Source of the DNA: Squalus acanthias
Lineage: Eukaryota
Assembly: GCA_030390025.1 (NCBI GenBank)
Contig: CM059432.1
Span: 13,206,001 to 13,270,000, forward strand
Direction of reading: 5' to 3'
Length of the DNA: 64,000 nucleotides
Under the pieces are notes generated by a model, which was not told the DNA's origin, searched no databases, and saw only the letters and a list, made by a program, of their open reading frames with translations. Positions 1-12,823 of this stretch are shown piece by piece. Numbering within the stretch: the stretch's first letter is position 1; each line of letters starts with the position of its first letter. A program made the position numbers and the translations under genes.

Positions 1-679
1 GGGGCAATAATGGGGCACTAACAACTTACCGCCCGGGCGCAGCGAAATGAACGACTCCCGCTAACTTGGCCGGGAGGTTTGCAGCGGCGGTAAAACTTTG
101 CACCACAATCTCCTGCGCCCGGAGATCGTGATGTCAATTGCCATGCACATCACCTCAGTGGCGCCCCAGACCCGAACTTCAGTTCTGCCTCCTGCAGCAT
201 CGTCGGGCGAAAACACCGGCAGCTGCAGGAGGCGTTGTTCGGGAGGGCAGGCGCTTCAGGGGCGGATGTTAAAGGGGAGGTTGCCAAGGTAAGTAGCAAA
301 ATTTCTGAAATTTTTTTTTGCAATTTTTTTCAGTTCACCTGGGCCGTGATCGATCAGCCCGGCACTCTGCTGGAGTGCATGGGGCTGATCGTGCTGGATC
401 GTGGCTGCCGTCGGGGACAAGCTAACTGGTCCCAATGCAGAGCCTGCAGCGATGGCCCTTCCCTTTAAGGCAGGGAAGGAGCCTCAGATCGCGGCAGTGC
501 TGCACGGGACATTGTGCAGCGCTGCACCACGACCACCCCACCTGCTTGAAGCGCTCCACTTCTCTCCTGGAGCGCGAAACCCAATTTCGTGAAAGCTGGC
601 AATCATTAGCGCCTGGCGCTAAGTTTCCCAGCTTTCAAAAGTTACCACTCCCTAACGGGCGATACTGAATTTCTCCCCC
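1..679. mobile_element. Non-autonomous PIF/Harbinger element (MITE), left end cut by window edge
   Basis: Its first ~140 bp resemble the left subterminal region of the Harbinger at 16989 (shared ...tttgcagcggcg...atctcctgcgcccggagatcgtga). Its end, cgatactgaatttctccccc, matches that element's right TIR (cgataccgaatttctccccc). No coding remnant. Confidence 0.8.
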
Positions 680-2104
680 AAGACCATGGAGGGATTTGAA
701 TACGAGGATGAGAATTATAAAATCGAGATGTATGAGAAATAAAGACATTTTCCAACTCATAATAAATCAGGATTTTAGATTGCTGTGCTGAGCTTGTTAT
801 TCAAAAGGAAAGTGGAAAGAAATGACGCATGAACATAGAGATTATAAAGCTATTTGTCTAACATCTGCACTGAAGAAAATGCTCAAAGCCATGGCTTGTT
901 GTTATGACCTAAGTTAATCTGCCAAGACACTTAAATGGATTTGTAGTCAATCTCACTTTTTATTATAAATTTTACTTTTATTTTTCCCTGATGTTGACAG
1001 CTCCATATTATATATCATGCCAACTTGCTTTAAACTTTCTGTACTTTCTATTTTTAAGATCTGTAAAAGAATTGGAGGTATGCAGTGCAGTGTGTGTGTT
1101 AATGCAGATCTGTGATGTGTCGCTCATTTTTGGATTAAAAATGTCACCAACTATTTTGATGTACTTCCATCTTGAAAGTAATCACAGCTCCATAATTTGT
1201 CCCACTGTTGGGACCCTTCCAGTGGTTCACTGGATAAATGCATCACCTAAAAAAAAGAGCTTGCATTTATGTAGCCCCTTATCACGTCCTCGGGATGTCT
1301 CAAAGCACTTTACAACAAATGGATTACCTATGCAGATCATGTAGGTCCCAGGTTCAGTTCCTGACCTGTGTGAGTTAGCTGATTCTTGCCCAGGCAGTGG
1401 TGTTTGTACTACAATTTGTCTTAAAATATGAAATGGTCTCTATCTCAACCCATCCCTGTGGCAACACATTCCATGCTTACAAATCTCTTTGTATTTGAAT
1501 TTATTTTACTAACCTCTCTCCTTACTCTTATAGTGACTGTTTTAAATTGATGGCCCTCCATCATTGACTCCACAATTAAAGGAAATTGTCTTTCCCTATT
1601 CACTCTGTTAAAACCCATCATAATTTTAAAAAAAACTCTATTATATCTACTCTTAGCTTCTCTGCTCCAGTGGAAATAGTCCTAGTTCTGTGATAGATAG
1701 TAGATTGGCGGTTAGGATCAGATCAGCCATGATCTTATTGAATGGCGGAGCAGGCTCGAGGGGCCGATTGGCCTACTCCTGCTCCTATTTCTTATGTTCT
1801 TATGTTCTTAGTGTCTCAAGTCTCGCCTCACAACTATAGTTTCTCATCTATGGCATCGTCCTGGTCCATTTACATTGTAATCTCTCTTTGGCTGTCATGT
1901 CCTATCTAGAATGGGAGGTCCAAAACAACACAGTACTCTAACTGAGGTCTCGCCAATGTATCTTACAAATTTATCATAATTTCTTTTGTCTTGTACTCTG
2001 TGCTACTATTTATAAAACCCAAATTGCTCTTGACCTTTCTATGGCGTGAACTACCTGCACTCGCACTTTCAGGGAATTATGCATTTGAGCTTCTAGGTCT
2101 CTCT

Positions 2105-5100
2105 GTTCATCCACACCCTTCAGCTCCATTCCATTGAGTGTACCCTTCCTGTCTGACTACCCAACTTTCTTTCCTGGCCCCCATGTTGGCTGATATTATT
2201 AACGGTTCCCCCTCTGGTGCTGTCCCCCTACCCTTTAAATCTGCCATCATCACCCCTCTCCAAAAAAAAAACCCCACCCTTGACCCCCTCTGTCTTTGCA
2301 AACTATCAGCCCATCTCCAACCGTCCTTTCCTTTCCAAAGTCGTTGAACATGTTGTCACCGCTCAAATCCGTACCCATCTTTCCTGCAACTCCATCTTTG
2401 AACCCTCTAGTCAGGTTCCTGCACTGAAACTACATGCATGCTGCTTCCATTTTTTAGCATGCATGTAGTCCTGTGTTGCAGCTTCCCCAGGTTGGCACCT
2501 CATTTTTAGGTACGCCTGGTGCTGCTCCTGGCATGCTCTTCTACACTCCTTGTTGAACCAGGGTTGGTCCCCTGGCTTGGTGGTAATGGTAGAGTGAGGG
2601 ATATGTCGGGCCATGAGGTTACAGATTGTGGTGGAATACAATTCTGCTGCTGCTGATGGCCCACAGCGCCTCATGGATGCCCAGTTTTGAGCTACTAGAT
2701 TTGTTCTGAATCTATCCCATTTAGCACGGTGGTAGTACCATACAACACGATGGAGGGTGTCCTCAGTGTGAAGTCGGGACTTTGTTTCCACAATGACTGT
2801 GTGGTGGTCACTGCTACCAATGTTGTCATGGACAGATGCATCTGCGACAGGTAGATGAACAAATGAGCTGAATTCCAGAGGTGAGGTGAGAGTGACTGCC
2901 CTTGACATCAAGGCAGCATTTGACCGAGTATGGCATGAAGGAGCCCTAGTAAAACTGAAGTCAATGGGAATCGGGGGGAAAACTCTCCACTGGCTGGAGT
3001 CATACCTAGCACAAAGGAAGATGGTTGTGGTGGTCGAAGGTCAATCATCACAGCCCCAGGACATCACTGCAGGAGTTCCTCAGGGCAGTGTCCTAGGCCC
3101 AACCATCTTCAGCTGCTTCATCAATGACCTTCCCTCCAACATAAGGTCAGAAATGGGGATGTTCGCTGATGACTGCACAGTGTTCAGCACCATTCACAAC
3201 TCCTCAGATAATGAAGCAGTCCATGCCCGCATGCAACAAGACCTGGACGACGTTCAGACTTGGGCTAATAAGTGGCAGGTAACATTCACGCCACAGAAGT
3301 GCCAGGCAATGACTATCTCCAACAAGTGTGAGTCTAACCACCTCCCCTTGACATTCAATGGTATTACCATCACGGAATCCCCCACCATCAACATTCTGGG
3401 GGTCACCATTAACCAGAAACTTAACTGGACCAGCCACATAAATACTGTGGCAATAAGAGCAGGTCAGAGGCTAGGTATTCTGCAGCGAGTGTCTCACCTC
3501 CTGACTCCCCAATGCCTTTCCACCATCTACAAGGCACAAGTAAGGAGTGTGATGGAATACTCTCCACTTGCCTGGATGAGTGCAGCTCCAACAACACTCA
3601 AGAAGCTCGACACTATCCAGGACAAAGCAGCACGCTTGATTGGCACCCCATCCACCACCTCAAACATTCACTCCTTCCACCACCGGCGCACCGTGGCTGC
3701 AGTGTGTATCATCTACAAGATGCACTGCAGCAACTCGCCAAGGCTTCTTTGGCAGCACCTCCCAAACCCGCGACCTCTTCCACCTAAAAGGACAAGGGCA
3801 GCAGGTGCATGGGAATACCACCACCTCCAAGTTCCCCTCCAAGTCACACACCATCCTGACTTAGAAGTATATCGCCGATCCTTCATCGTCGCTGGGTCAA
3901 AATCCTGGAACTCCCTCCCTAACAACACTGCGGGAGTACCTTCACCACAAGGACTGCAGCAGCTCAAGAAGGCGGCTCACCACCACCTTCTCAAGGGCGA
4001 CTAGGGATGGGCAATAAATGCTGGCCTTGCCAGCGATGCCCACATCCCCTAAAAATACAATAAAAAAAAAAAAAATTAAATGGCCCTTCTCAAAGTCACA
4101 AATGACACCCTATGTGACTGCAACCATGGTAAACTATCCCTCCTCATCCTTTTCGATCTGTCTGCAGGCTTTGACACCATTGACCACACCATCCTCCACC
4201 AACGCCTCTCCTCTGTCGTCCAGCTGGGTGGGATTGTCCTCGCCTGGTTCTATTATCTTATTCCAGTCTTAGCCAGAGAATCACCTGCAATGGCTTTTCT
4301 TCTCACTCCCACACCGTTGCCTCTGGAGTCCTCGAAGGATCTGTCCTTGGCCCCCTCCTATTTTTCATCTATATGCTGCCCCTCGGTGACATATCCGAAA
4401 ACATGTCGATTTCCACATGTACGCTGATGACACCAAGCTCTACCTCACCATCACCTCTCCAGACCCCTCCGCTGCCTCTGATTTGTCAAGTTGCTTGTCT
4501 GACATCTAGTACTGGAGGAGCACAGATTTCCTCCAACTAATTATTGAGAAGACCAAAGCTATTGTCTTCGGTCCCCGCCACAAACTCCGTTCCCTCGTCA
4601 CCAACTCTATTCCCCTCAGTGGCCACTCTCTGAGGCTGAACCAGACTTTTGGCAACCTTGACCCTGAGATGAGCTTCCGACTACATATCCTCTCCATCGC
4701 CAAGACCGCCTATTTCCACCTCCGTAACATCGCCCATCTCCACCCTGCCTCAGCTCCTCTGCTGCTGAAACCCTCATCCATGCCTTTGATACCTCTAGAC
4801 TCGACTAAGCCAAAGCTCTCCTGGCCAGCCTCCCACCTTGCACCCTCCGTAAACTTGATCTCCTCCAAAACTCTGCTGCCCATATCCTATCTCGCGCCAA
4901 GACCCGTTCGCCCATCACCCCTGTGCTCGCTGACCTACCTTGGCTCCCCATCCTGCAATGCCTCATTTTTAAAATGCACACCCTTGTTTTAAAATCCCTC
5001 CATGGTCTCGCCCCACCGTATCTTTGTAACCTCCTCCAGCCCCAGAACCCTCTGCAATCTCCGCACTCCTCCAATTTTGGCCACTTGCGCATCCCCGATT

Positions 5101-5350
5101 TTAATCGCTCCACCATTGGCGGCCATGCCTTCGGCTGCCTAGGCCCTAAGCTCTGGAATTCCCTCCCTGAACCTCTCTTCCTCACTACCTCTCTCTCCTC
5201 CTTTAAGACACTCCTTAAAACCTACCTCTTTGACCAAGCTTTTGGTCCCCTGCTCTAATATCTCCTTATGTGGCTCGGTGTCAAATATTGAAGCGCCTTG
5301 GGATGTGTTGCTATGTTAAAGGTGCTATAGAAATGCAAGTTTCTTTGTTG
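2105..5350 (+). mobile_element. L2-clade LINE, 5'-truncated and decayed, interrupted by another LINE at ~2431-4080
   Basis: Frameshifted L2 RT fragments: NYQPISNRPFLSKVVEHVV, ALLKVTND...LILFDLSAGFDTIDH, YADD (tacgctgatgac), LPWLPI...LWNSLP...FKTLLKTYLF, followed by a typical L2 3' tail. Confidence 0.85.
2431..4080 (+). mobile_element. CR1-group non-LTR retrotransposon with 5' inversion (2431-~2856 inverted, ~2857-4080 forward, A-rich tail)
   Basis: ORF 2886-4004 encodes RT motifs (DIKAAFDRVWH, GVPQGSVLGP, FADD). Minus-strand ORF 2411-2911 encodes the upstream endonuclease-end/linker of the same ORF2 (SDHH, PWFN). Poly-A lies at ~4062-4075. Confidence 0.85.
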
Positions 5351-5438
5351 TCGTGGTTCAGATTCCCTGACCAATTTTTCACAAAAAGGATGTGAACATG
5401 AGTTGTGTTTTTAAATAGCAAAAGTTTATCGAAAAGAG

Positions 5439-5569
5439 AAAAAAAAAGCAAATACTGCGGATGTTGAGAATCTGAAATAAAAACAGAAAATGCTGAAAAG
5501 ATATCAACTCAGTTTCTCTGTCCACAGATGCTGCCTGTGAGTGTTTTCAGCATTTTCTGTTTTTATTTC
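5439..5569. mobile_element. Short fold-back Penelope pLTR-derived insertion
   Basis: Perfect 26-bp inverted repeat (5474-5499 / 5544-5569), sequence of the Penelope 3' end seen at 47769-47851, and a degenerate 13-bp TSD ttatcgaaaagag / ttgtctaaaagag. Confidence 0.65.
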
Positions 5570-5654
5570 TTGTCTAAAAGAGGTTACCTTCCAAATCAGT
5601 CAGCAAATAAATGATAGAGACCCAAACAACAGACAATTTGTTTGCCATTAGAAA

Positions 5655-6030
5655 GAAAAAAAAGAATAGCGCCTTTCACGACCACCGGATGTCTCAAAGC
5701 GCTTTACAGCCAATTTTGAAGTGTAGTCACTGTTGTAATGTGGGAAACGCAACAGCCAATTTGCGCACAGCAAGCTCCCACAAACAGCAATGTGATAATG
5801 ACCAGATAATCTGTTTTTGTTACGTTGATTGAGGGATAAATATTGGCCCCAGGACAACTCCCCTGCTCTTCTTCGAAATAGTGCCATGGGATCTTTTACG
5901 TCCACCTGAGAGAGCAGGCGGGGCCTCGGTTTAATGTCTCATCCAAAAGATGGCACTCCCCTGGGAGTGTCAGCCTAGCTTTAATGTGTATAAAGTCCCT
6001 GGAGTGGGACTTGAACCCACAAACCTTCTA

Positions 6031-6064
<34 letters not shown>

Positions 6065-6070
6065 AGCTGA
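5655..6070 (-). mobile_element. DeuSINE-type (SacSINE1-like) tRNA-derived SINE
   Basis: tRNA-like head on the minus strand (gggttcaagtccc box B) and the Deu-type body ggatcttttacgtccacctgagag. Near-identical copy at 36965-37318; decayed copies near 32330-32640 and 58880-59020. Confidence 0.75.
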
Positions 6071-6609
6071 CAACAGTAAAACAAAAGGAAAATAGTTAAG
6101 ATGTTGGAAATCTGAAATAAAAACAGAAAATGCTGGAAAACACTCAGCAGGTCAGGCGGCATCTGTGGAGAGAGAAACAGAGAGTTAACAGCCGAGATTT
6201 TCCGGGGGGTCAGCGGGTGTGATCGGCGGCGGGTCAGATGGGAAAGTGTTTTTTTTCCCCAGCGGGTCGGGACCCTGCTGTGAACCCGCTGCCACACGCC
6301 TATCCCCGATGTCGGGTCTGTCAACACTGAGCAGACCCAACACGCAGCGGCGGGGGACCCAATTCAGGTCATTATGACCTTGTTTAGAGATCATTAAGAA
6401 TACATTTGAGTTCACCTTTTGATTTTACGTGCTCGCCCTTTGAATTAAGTTTGACTAGTTTCAATTGTACTTTGACTGGTCTGAAAATCTCTGATTGAAA
6501 GTTAAAAAATAGCATTTCAGTTAAAATCATGAGATTTGATCACAGAGCCTATTCCTCTAAATTTTTCATGATGTTTGCCACTGGCAAAAAAAAATCCGAG
6601 ACTAAATTA

Positions 6610-7940
6610 AAACAACAACAACAACTTGCATTTATATAGCGTCTTTAGAAAAATGTCCCAAGATGCCAAGGAACCTTGATAGGGCTTGTTAATTCTCTAC
6701 CCCAGAGGGCTGTGGAGGCTCAGTTGTTGAGTATATTCAAGACAGAGATCGATAGATTTTTGGATATTAAGGGAATCAAGGGATATGGGGATAGTGCAGG
6801 AAAGTGGAGTTGAGGTAGAAGATCAGCCATGATCTTATTGAAAGGCGGAGCAGGCTCGAGGGGCCAAATGGTCAACTCCTGCTCCTATTTCTTATGTTCT
6901 TATGTTCTAAGAAGCACAATCAGACAAAACTGGATTCTGTGACCAAGAAGGAAATATAAGGAGGTGTGACAATAAGCTTGGTCAAAGGGCTATAAGGGGG
7001 GGTTATTAAAGGAAAACAGGGAGGTGGAGAGGCGGAGGGGATTCCAGAGTGTAGGGCCTAGACGGCTGAAGGCACAGCTACCAATGGTGGGGCGGAGGGA
7101 GACGGGAGTCACAAAAGGCCAGAGTCAGAGGAATGGAGAGTTGTGTGTGTGGCGGGGGGCATTGTGCGGCTAGTGACAGTCTTGGAGATAGGGATAGGCA
7201 AGGTCATGGAGGGGTTTAAACACAAGGTTGCGAACTTTAAACCTGAAGCATTGGGGGACTGGGATCCAATGTGGATAAGCAAAGACTGGGGGTGATGGGA
7301 CTTGGCGCGGAATAGGATATGGGCAGCAGAGTTTTGTATATGCTGAAGTTTATGGAGGGTGGAGAATGGGAGGTCAGCCAGGGGACCATTGGAATAGTCA
7401 AGTCTGGAGCTGACCAAAGCATGGATAAGGGTTTCAGCAGCAAATGGGCTGAGGCAGAGGTGGAGGCGGGTGATATTATGGAGGTAGAAGTAGGCGGTCT
7501 TTATGATGGAGAGGATATGGGATTGGAAACTCAGCTCAAGGTCTAATAGGATGCCGAGCTTGCAAGCAGTCTGATACAGTCTGGTGCAATGGCTGGGAAG
7601 GGGAATGGAATCAATTGTATGGGTATGCAGTTTGTGGTGGGCCGAAGACAATGGCTTCAGTCTTCCCAACTGTTTAACTGAAAGAAATTGTGGATCATCC
7701 ACAATGGATGTTGGACAAGCAGTCTGCCAACACAAAGACAGTGGAGAGGTCGACAGAGGTTGTGAGGTCAAATGAGGAGGTAGAGAGGCATGTCTGTGGA
7801 CATGTGGAAACTGACTCCATGTTTTTGGATGATGAGGAAGTGGGGTGGGGGGGTGCAAGGATCAATCCTCAGGGGACTCCAGAGGTAATGGTGCAGACTA
7901 GGAAAGTGGTCATTGCTGGAGATGTCCTGGCTACGATCAG
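6610..7940 (-). mobile_element. Decayed L2 LINE with a CR1 3' fragment (~6690-6908, +) inserted near its tail
   Basis: ORF 7109-7858 contains the L2 RT C-terminal motifs AETLIHALVSSRLDYSN and LQHIQNSAA. The CR1 tail is ctcctatttcttatgttcttatgttct. Confidence 0.75.
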
Positions 7941-8519
7941 ATAGGCAAAAGGGATCAATTTTATGAGACTATGTCCCACGCAACCAGGATGCCCGAGAAA
8001 CCTCCTACGCTATATTGTGTCAGGCAATTTTTCAGGTGTCTTGGCAGCTGACTAAAACACATCTTCGGCCCCTCACCTTCCATCCCTGGCTGCACCCCTC
8101 TCTACCTATCCTCCCATGTTCACCACCCAAAAAATGTCAACCCACCTCCAACCCCGCTCCGGCCACGAGCTGCATCTCAAAAATCATTGACAATCTAACG
8201 GCCTACACCATTGGCCAGATTCCTACCTGCCGGGTTGCCACAGCTACCACCAACAGCTGCCTTTCCCCACCACATGACTTGCCACCTCCCATCCTAGAAG
8301 ACTCCCTGATTCCCAATTATTCAACCCTCGTCAAGTGCCCTCCACAAAGAACAAGCCGTCCATCTCCCACAGTCCCACAGCACCGAGGCCATGTCCTTTG
8401 GAGTGTTTGATCATCTCAGTCAGACACATTGTCAAATATTCCGTTGAACACTGGTGCCAGTCCTAAGGGACCACGGAAAACAGCTCGTCAGGACTGAATA
8501 ATGTATGTTGGCAATATTA

Positions 8520-9540
8520 GATAATGAGGTTTTGTTCAGTAGGTCAGGGAGACATTTCACAGCCTTATGTTGTTGGAGATTTTTGATTGTGATCATTTAT
8601 CTATTTCAGGAGAGTGAATACATTATGGAGAGTCCAGCAGCAGGGTTTGAGCAGCAGCAGAATTAAGAGCAGGAGGGCAATGTAAGGAAATGTGGACTTG
8701 GAACAGCTCCCATTAAGGGCTGTATCGTGGGCCATATAATGAGTAGCCCTTCTTTAACCCATCAACTTAATAGGTCTAGATCTCATTATATATTACTTAC
8801 CTGTCACCTGACCATATTGCTTGATATGAACAACAAATGTTATTTTACAAGGAGTGTCCTTCTCGACGTCATTTATGAATAGTCTGAACAACAGGAGATT
8901 CAGAAAAGATCACTGTAGAACTTAATCACCCCACCAGAACTTTATCCGTTTATCCTCACTTTCTGCTATCTTTTACTGAGCCAGTTTTCAATGCAATTTG
9001 TCATTAATATAGCAATCTTCTTTATAAGTCTCATACGTGCAACTGCATCAGAAAATCCAGTTAATTGCCTCCTTAAGGGATTCTAGTAGATCTGAGAAGC
9101 GTGATCTGTTGCTTTTAAATCCCTGTTTACGTTGAGAGATAATTTTCCATTGAAGTATCTGCTGAGTGACATGTACAAAGATACCGTTTGACCAGTCTCA
9201 GTGTGGATCATCTAATGGATCTGTGCTGAAGTTAACGCCAAAGGAATATTCAAATGGTCTCATCTTTCTGGATATTACTTATTTGTACAATTTTAAAATA
9301 ATGTGCTGGACTTAAAAACACAGGCAGAAACTTTAACCCACCTTCCTGAATTACAATCCCCTACTCTCCAGCCATTTAGGAAAGTTTGCATCTGTGGATG
9401 TTACAAATTTGAATAGCGTCAAGAATATGCTCATCAGTGATTTCATGCAGATTTTGTTTAACATTTTGTTCTGCTTGTTAAATATTGTCTTCTTTGGAGG
9501 CTTGTTTGAATCTTAGAATGTTTCTTCCTTTTTCTCCTTT
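8520..9540 (-). mobile_element. Ancient CR1 RT remnant
   Basis: Minus-strand translation gives a degraded LDF..DAV..RLIKK / IENWLSKR*QKVRING / LLLFRLFINDVEKD, colinear with the CR1 RT core. Confidence 0.55.
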
Positions 9541-9564
9541 CTTGAGAGTGATGACTCACACTTG

Positions 9565-10379
9565 GGAGGTGATTTTGCCAATGGGGAGCTTTTGGAGGCG
9601 GGACTCCCATTTGTCGGGTTTCAGTCCCGCCTCCAACAACTTCTGGCCAACCCACGCTATTTTCCCTTGATTGACCTTTTTAAGCCCGCCCAGCGGGCTT
9701 AGCAGGCCAATTAAGGGGAAGCCGGTTGCAGACAACGTCAACGTATGACGTTTCATCTGTCAAAAATTTTTGACAGATGAATTGTCATCGTTTGACAGCT
9801 CTGTGAAGCTGTCAAACAGTGACATTCTCTGCAGTTTGATGAGGTCTTGAATACAAGACCCCATCAAACTTCGTTCTTTTACAGAAATGAGATGGTAGTT
9901 GCATCTGAGAATGCAACGGCCACCTGTCATTCCCAACGCGGAGGTCCGAGACTCTCCACATACACACCGACTAAAGCCTGCAGGAAGAAACAAATGTAAG
10001 TACACTTTTAATAACACTTTGCACTTACCTCAGATACTCACCTCTACACTCTTGCACCCATCACTTACCTTCACACCACACTTTTGCACCCCCCTGACCC
10101 CCGCAGACCCCCTACTCGCTGAGCTGGCGGGTTTCGGAGCTTCGGGAAGCCCGCACTTGTGAGGGCAAAAAGGGATAATCCTATTTTCTGCCTGTTAACA
10201 GGCAGTTAATAGGCTTTAATCCCTTCCCGCCTCCAAGGAGACGGGACCTGGCGCGGGACAGCTACCCGCCTCCTAGGAAGATGGCATGGAGGCGGGTTGG
10301 GCAACTGCCCCCAAATTCTGTCATCTTCCCAGCAGTCCCGCCTCCATACCCGCCTCCCAGGGCTGGCAAAATCGCCCCC
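9565..10379. mobile_element. Harbinger-type non-autonomous element
   Basis: TIRs ggaggtgattttgcca ... tggcaaaatcgccccc, with GC-rich subterminal inverted segments. Confidence 0.65.
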
Positions 10380-10479
10380 AAGGTGTTCCATTCCAAGGGT
10401 GGCAGCAGCCCGCACTACCTAACCAATGTGAACAGTTCTTATGCATGAACAGTAGAATATTTGACTGTTGGGAGAGGGA

Positions 10480-10900
10480 TTTTTTTTATTTGTTCATGGG
10501 ATGTGGGTCACTGGCAAGGCCAGCATTTATTGCCCACCCCTAATTGCCCTTGAGAAGGTGGTGGTGAGCCGCCTTCTCGAACAGCTGCAGTCCATCTTCT
10601 TTGTAGTGGTATGGTATAACCGAGTGGCTTGCTAGGCCATTTCAGAGGGCAGTTAAGAGTCAACCACATTGCTGTGGGTCTGGAGTCACATATAGGCCAG
10701 ACCAGGTAAGGATGGTACGTTAGTGAACCAGATTTTTTTTTTACGGCAATCCGGTAGTTTCATGGTTACCATTACTGATACTAGCTTTTTATTCCAAATT
10801 GAATTAATTAACTGTGGTGGGATTCTGAACACGTGTCTACCGGATCATTAGTCCGGGCCCCTGGATTACTAGTCCAGTAACATAACCACTATGCTACCGT
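10480..10900 (-). mobile_element. tRNA-derived SINE with LINE-derived 3' tail
   Basis: Head ggtagcatagtggttatgttactggactagtaatccag on the minus strand; tail shared with the LINE 3' end at 3950-4050. Same family at 30853-31250 and 15510-15850. Confidence 0.7.
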
Positions 10901-11459
10901 ATCTGATGGGCCAGCCCAATATAATCAGGCCCCAAAGTCCATGCAGATTCTTTTTCCAACAGGGGTCACTGGACCAGGGACACTGAGGCATATTGTAGCA
11001 TTCTTACTGCTACCCTAGCTTGGATCAGCCAACTCAATACAGACCAAGGACTGAACCTCGGATTTCCCTATACTGTGTGCTCAATTCCACACGACAGGTA
11101 CCCATTGAATCACTGGCTGAATTTAACATGTTTTTCTCATCATCAGTTCATAATGGAACAAAGTAATGGAAATGAGAAACAAAATATGCTTCCAGGAGGT
11201 TATTTGATTTTTTATTTGCTCTTTAAAAGGATCAATAGCTCATTTGATCAATTGAGTTTTTCAATTGAATCCTGGCACACACGAACCACAGAACAACATC
11301 TAGCCGTTTGTAATTGATTTTGACTTGTGACATGTTTAACAGTTCTATTAAGATTTTAGAAAATGTCAAAAGTGTGCCAACTTTACCTTTCTTTATTTTC
11401 CACTTCCTAAATATTTATCAGGATCTGTAATATGTCTCACTTGGTGCTCACTCAATCTC

Positions 11460-11990
11460 ACTTTAGACTCTAGACACAAAAGGCATCATCTAGACACAAA
11501 AGGCATCAAGGGGTATGGGGAGAGAGCAGGAATATGGTATTGAGATAGAAGCATAGAAGATAGGAGCAGGAGTAGGCCATTCGGCCCCTCGAGCCTGCTC
11601 CGCCATTTAATGAGATCATGGCTGATCATCCAAATTCAGTACCCTGTCCCTGCTTTCTCCCCATATCTCTTGCTCCCTTTAGCCTTAAGAAATATATCTA
11701 TCTCCTTCTTGAATATATTTAATGAATTGGCCTCAACTGCCTTGAGTGGTAGAGAATTCCACAGGTTCACCACTCTCTGGGTGAAGAAATTCCTCCTCAT
11801 CTCAGTCCTAAATGGCTTACCCCTTATCCTTAGACTGTGAGCCCTGGTTCTGGACTCCCCCGCCATCGGGAACATCCTTCCTGCATCTAGTCTGTCTAGA
11901 GGATCAGCCATGATCATATTGAATGGCAGAGCAGGCTCGAAGGGCCGAATGGCCTACTCCTGCTCCTATTTTTCTATGTTTCTATGTTTC
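11460..11990. mobile_element. Two nested CR1 3' fragments in opposite orientation (inner copy ~11552-11895, minus)
   Basis: The inner ORF reads RMFPMAGESRTRAHSL...RVVNLWNSLP. The outer + copy is split at ...gagataga(a)g | tagaggatcagccatg and ends in (tttctatg)n. Confidence 0.75.
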
Positions 11991-12249
11991 TACTTTCAGT
12001 GACACAGTGAGGTTTGCAGCTCTGAACCATTCAGACTGGAGCAGCAAAGTATTAAAAAGGGAAGACAAAGGGGAAATGATTGTTTCACAAAATCTAGCTG
12101 TTTAAAATTTATCAATATATATTTTTAAGGGGTTTGGTTAAACTATGTTGCGAAGCAAGCAAATACTGTACACGCCGACAGAGGTTTCTTTATGAATCTA
12201 CGAAATGAAAGTCTGATTTAAAAAAAGCTGAAACACAAAGAAATGTGAA

Positions 12250-12823
12250 CCTTGGTTAGACCACACTTAGAGTACTGCGTGCAGTTCTGGTCGCCATATT
12301 ATAAAAAGGATATAGAGGCACTGGAGAGGGTACAGGGAAGATTTACAAGGATGATACCAGAAATGCGAGGGTATACATATCAGGAAAGGATGAATAGGCT
12401 GGGTCTCTTTTCTCTTGAAAAAAGGCTGAGGGGTGACCTAATAGAGGTCTTTAAAATTATGAAAAATTTTGATAGAGTGGAAACAGAGAGAATGTTTCCA
12501 CTTGTGGGGAAGAGCATAATTAGAGGCCATCAATATAAGATAGTCACCAAGAAATCCAATAGGGAATTCAGAAGAAACTTCTTTACCCAAAGAGTGGTGA
12601 GAATGTGGAACTCGCTACCACAGGGAATGGTTGAAGCGAATAGTATAGATGTATTTAAGGGGAGGCTAGATAAGCATATGAGGGAAAAGGGAATAGAGGG
12701 TTATGCTGATAGATTTAGATGAGGAAAGACGGGAGGAGGCTCGAGGGGAGCATAAACGCCGGCATGGACTGGTTGGGCCGAATGGCCTGTTTCTGTGCCG
12801 TATATCCTATGTAATCCTATATG
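12250..12823 (+). mobile_element. CR1 LINE 3' fragment
   Basis: ORF VRPHLEYCVQFWSP...LRGDLIEVFKI...WNSLP, with 3' UTR ending in cctatgtaatcctat. Same subfamily at ~51390-51735. Confidence 0.9.

Noticed and set aside
8801..8883. Apparent 83-bp exon with good splice sites (LFINDVEKDTPCKITF...)
   Set aside because: The peptide and its upstream sequence align by eye with a decayed CR1 RT (ENWL..R.Q.V.ING...LLF..FIND), so it is a LINE remnant rather than a host exon.
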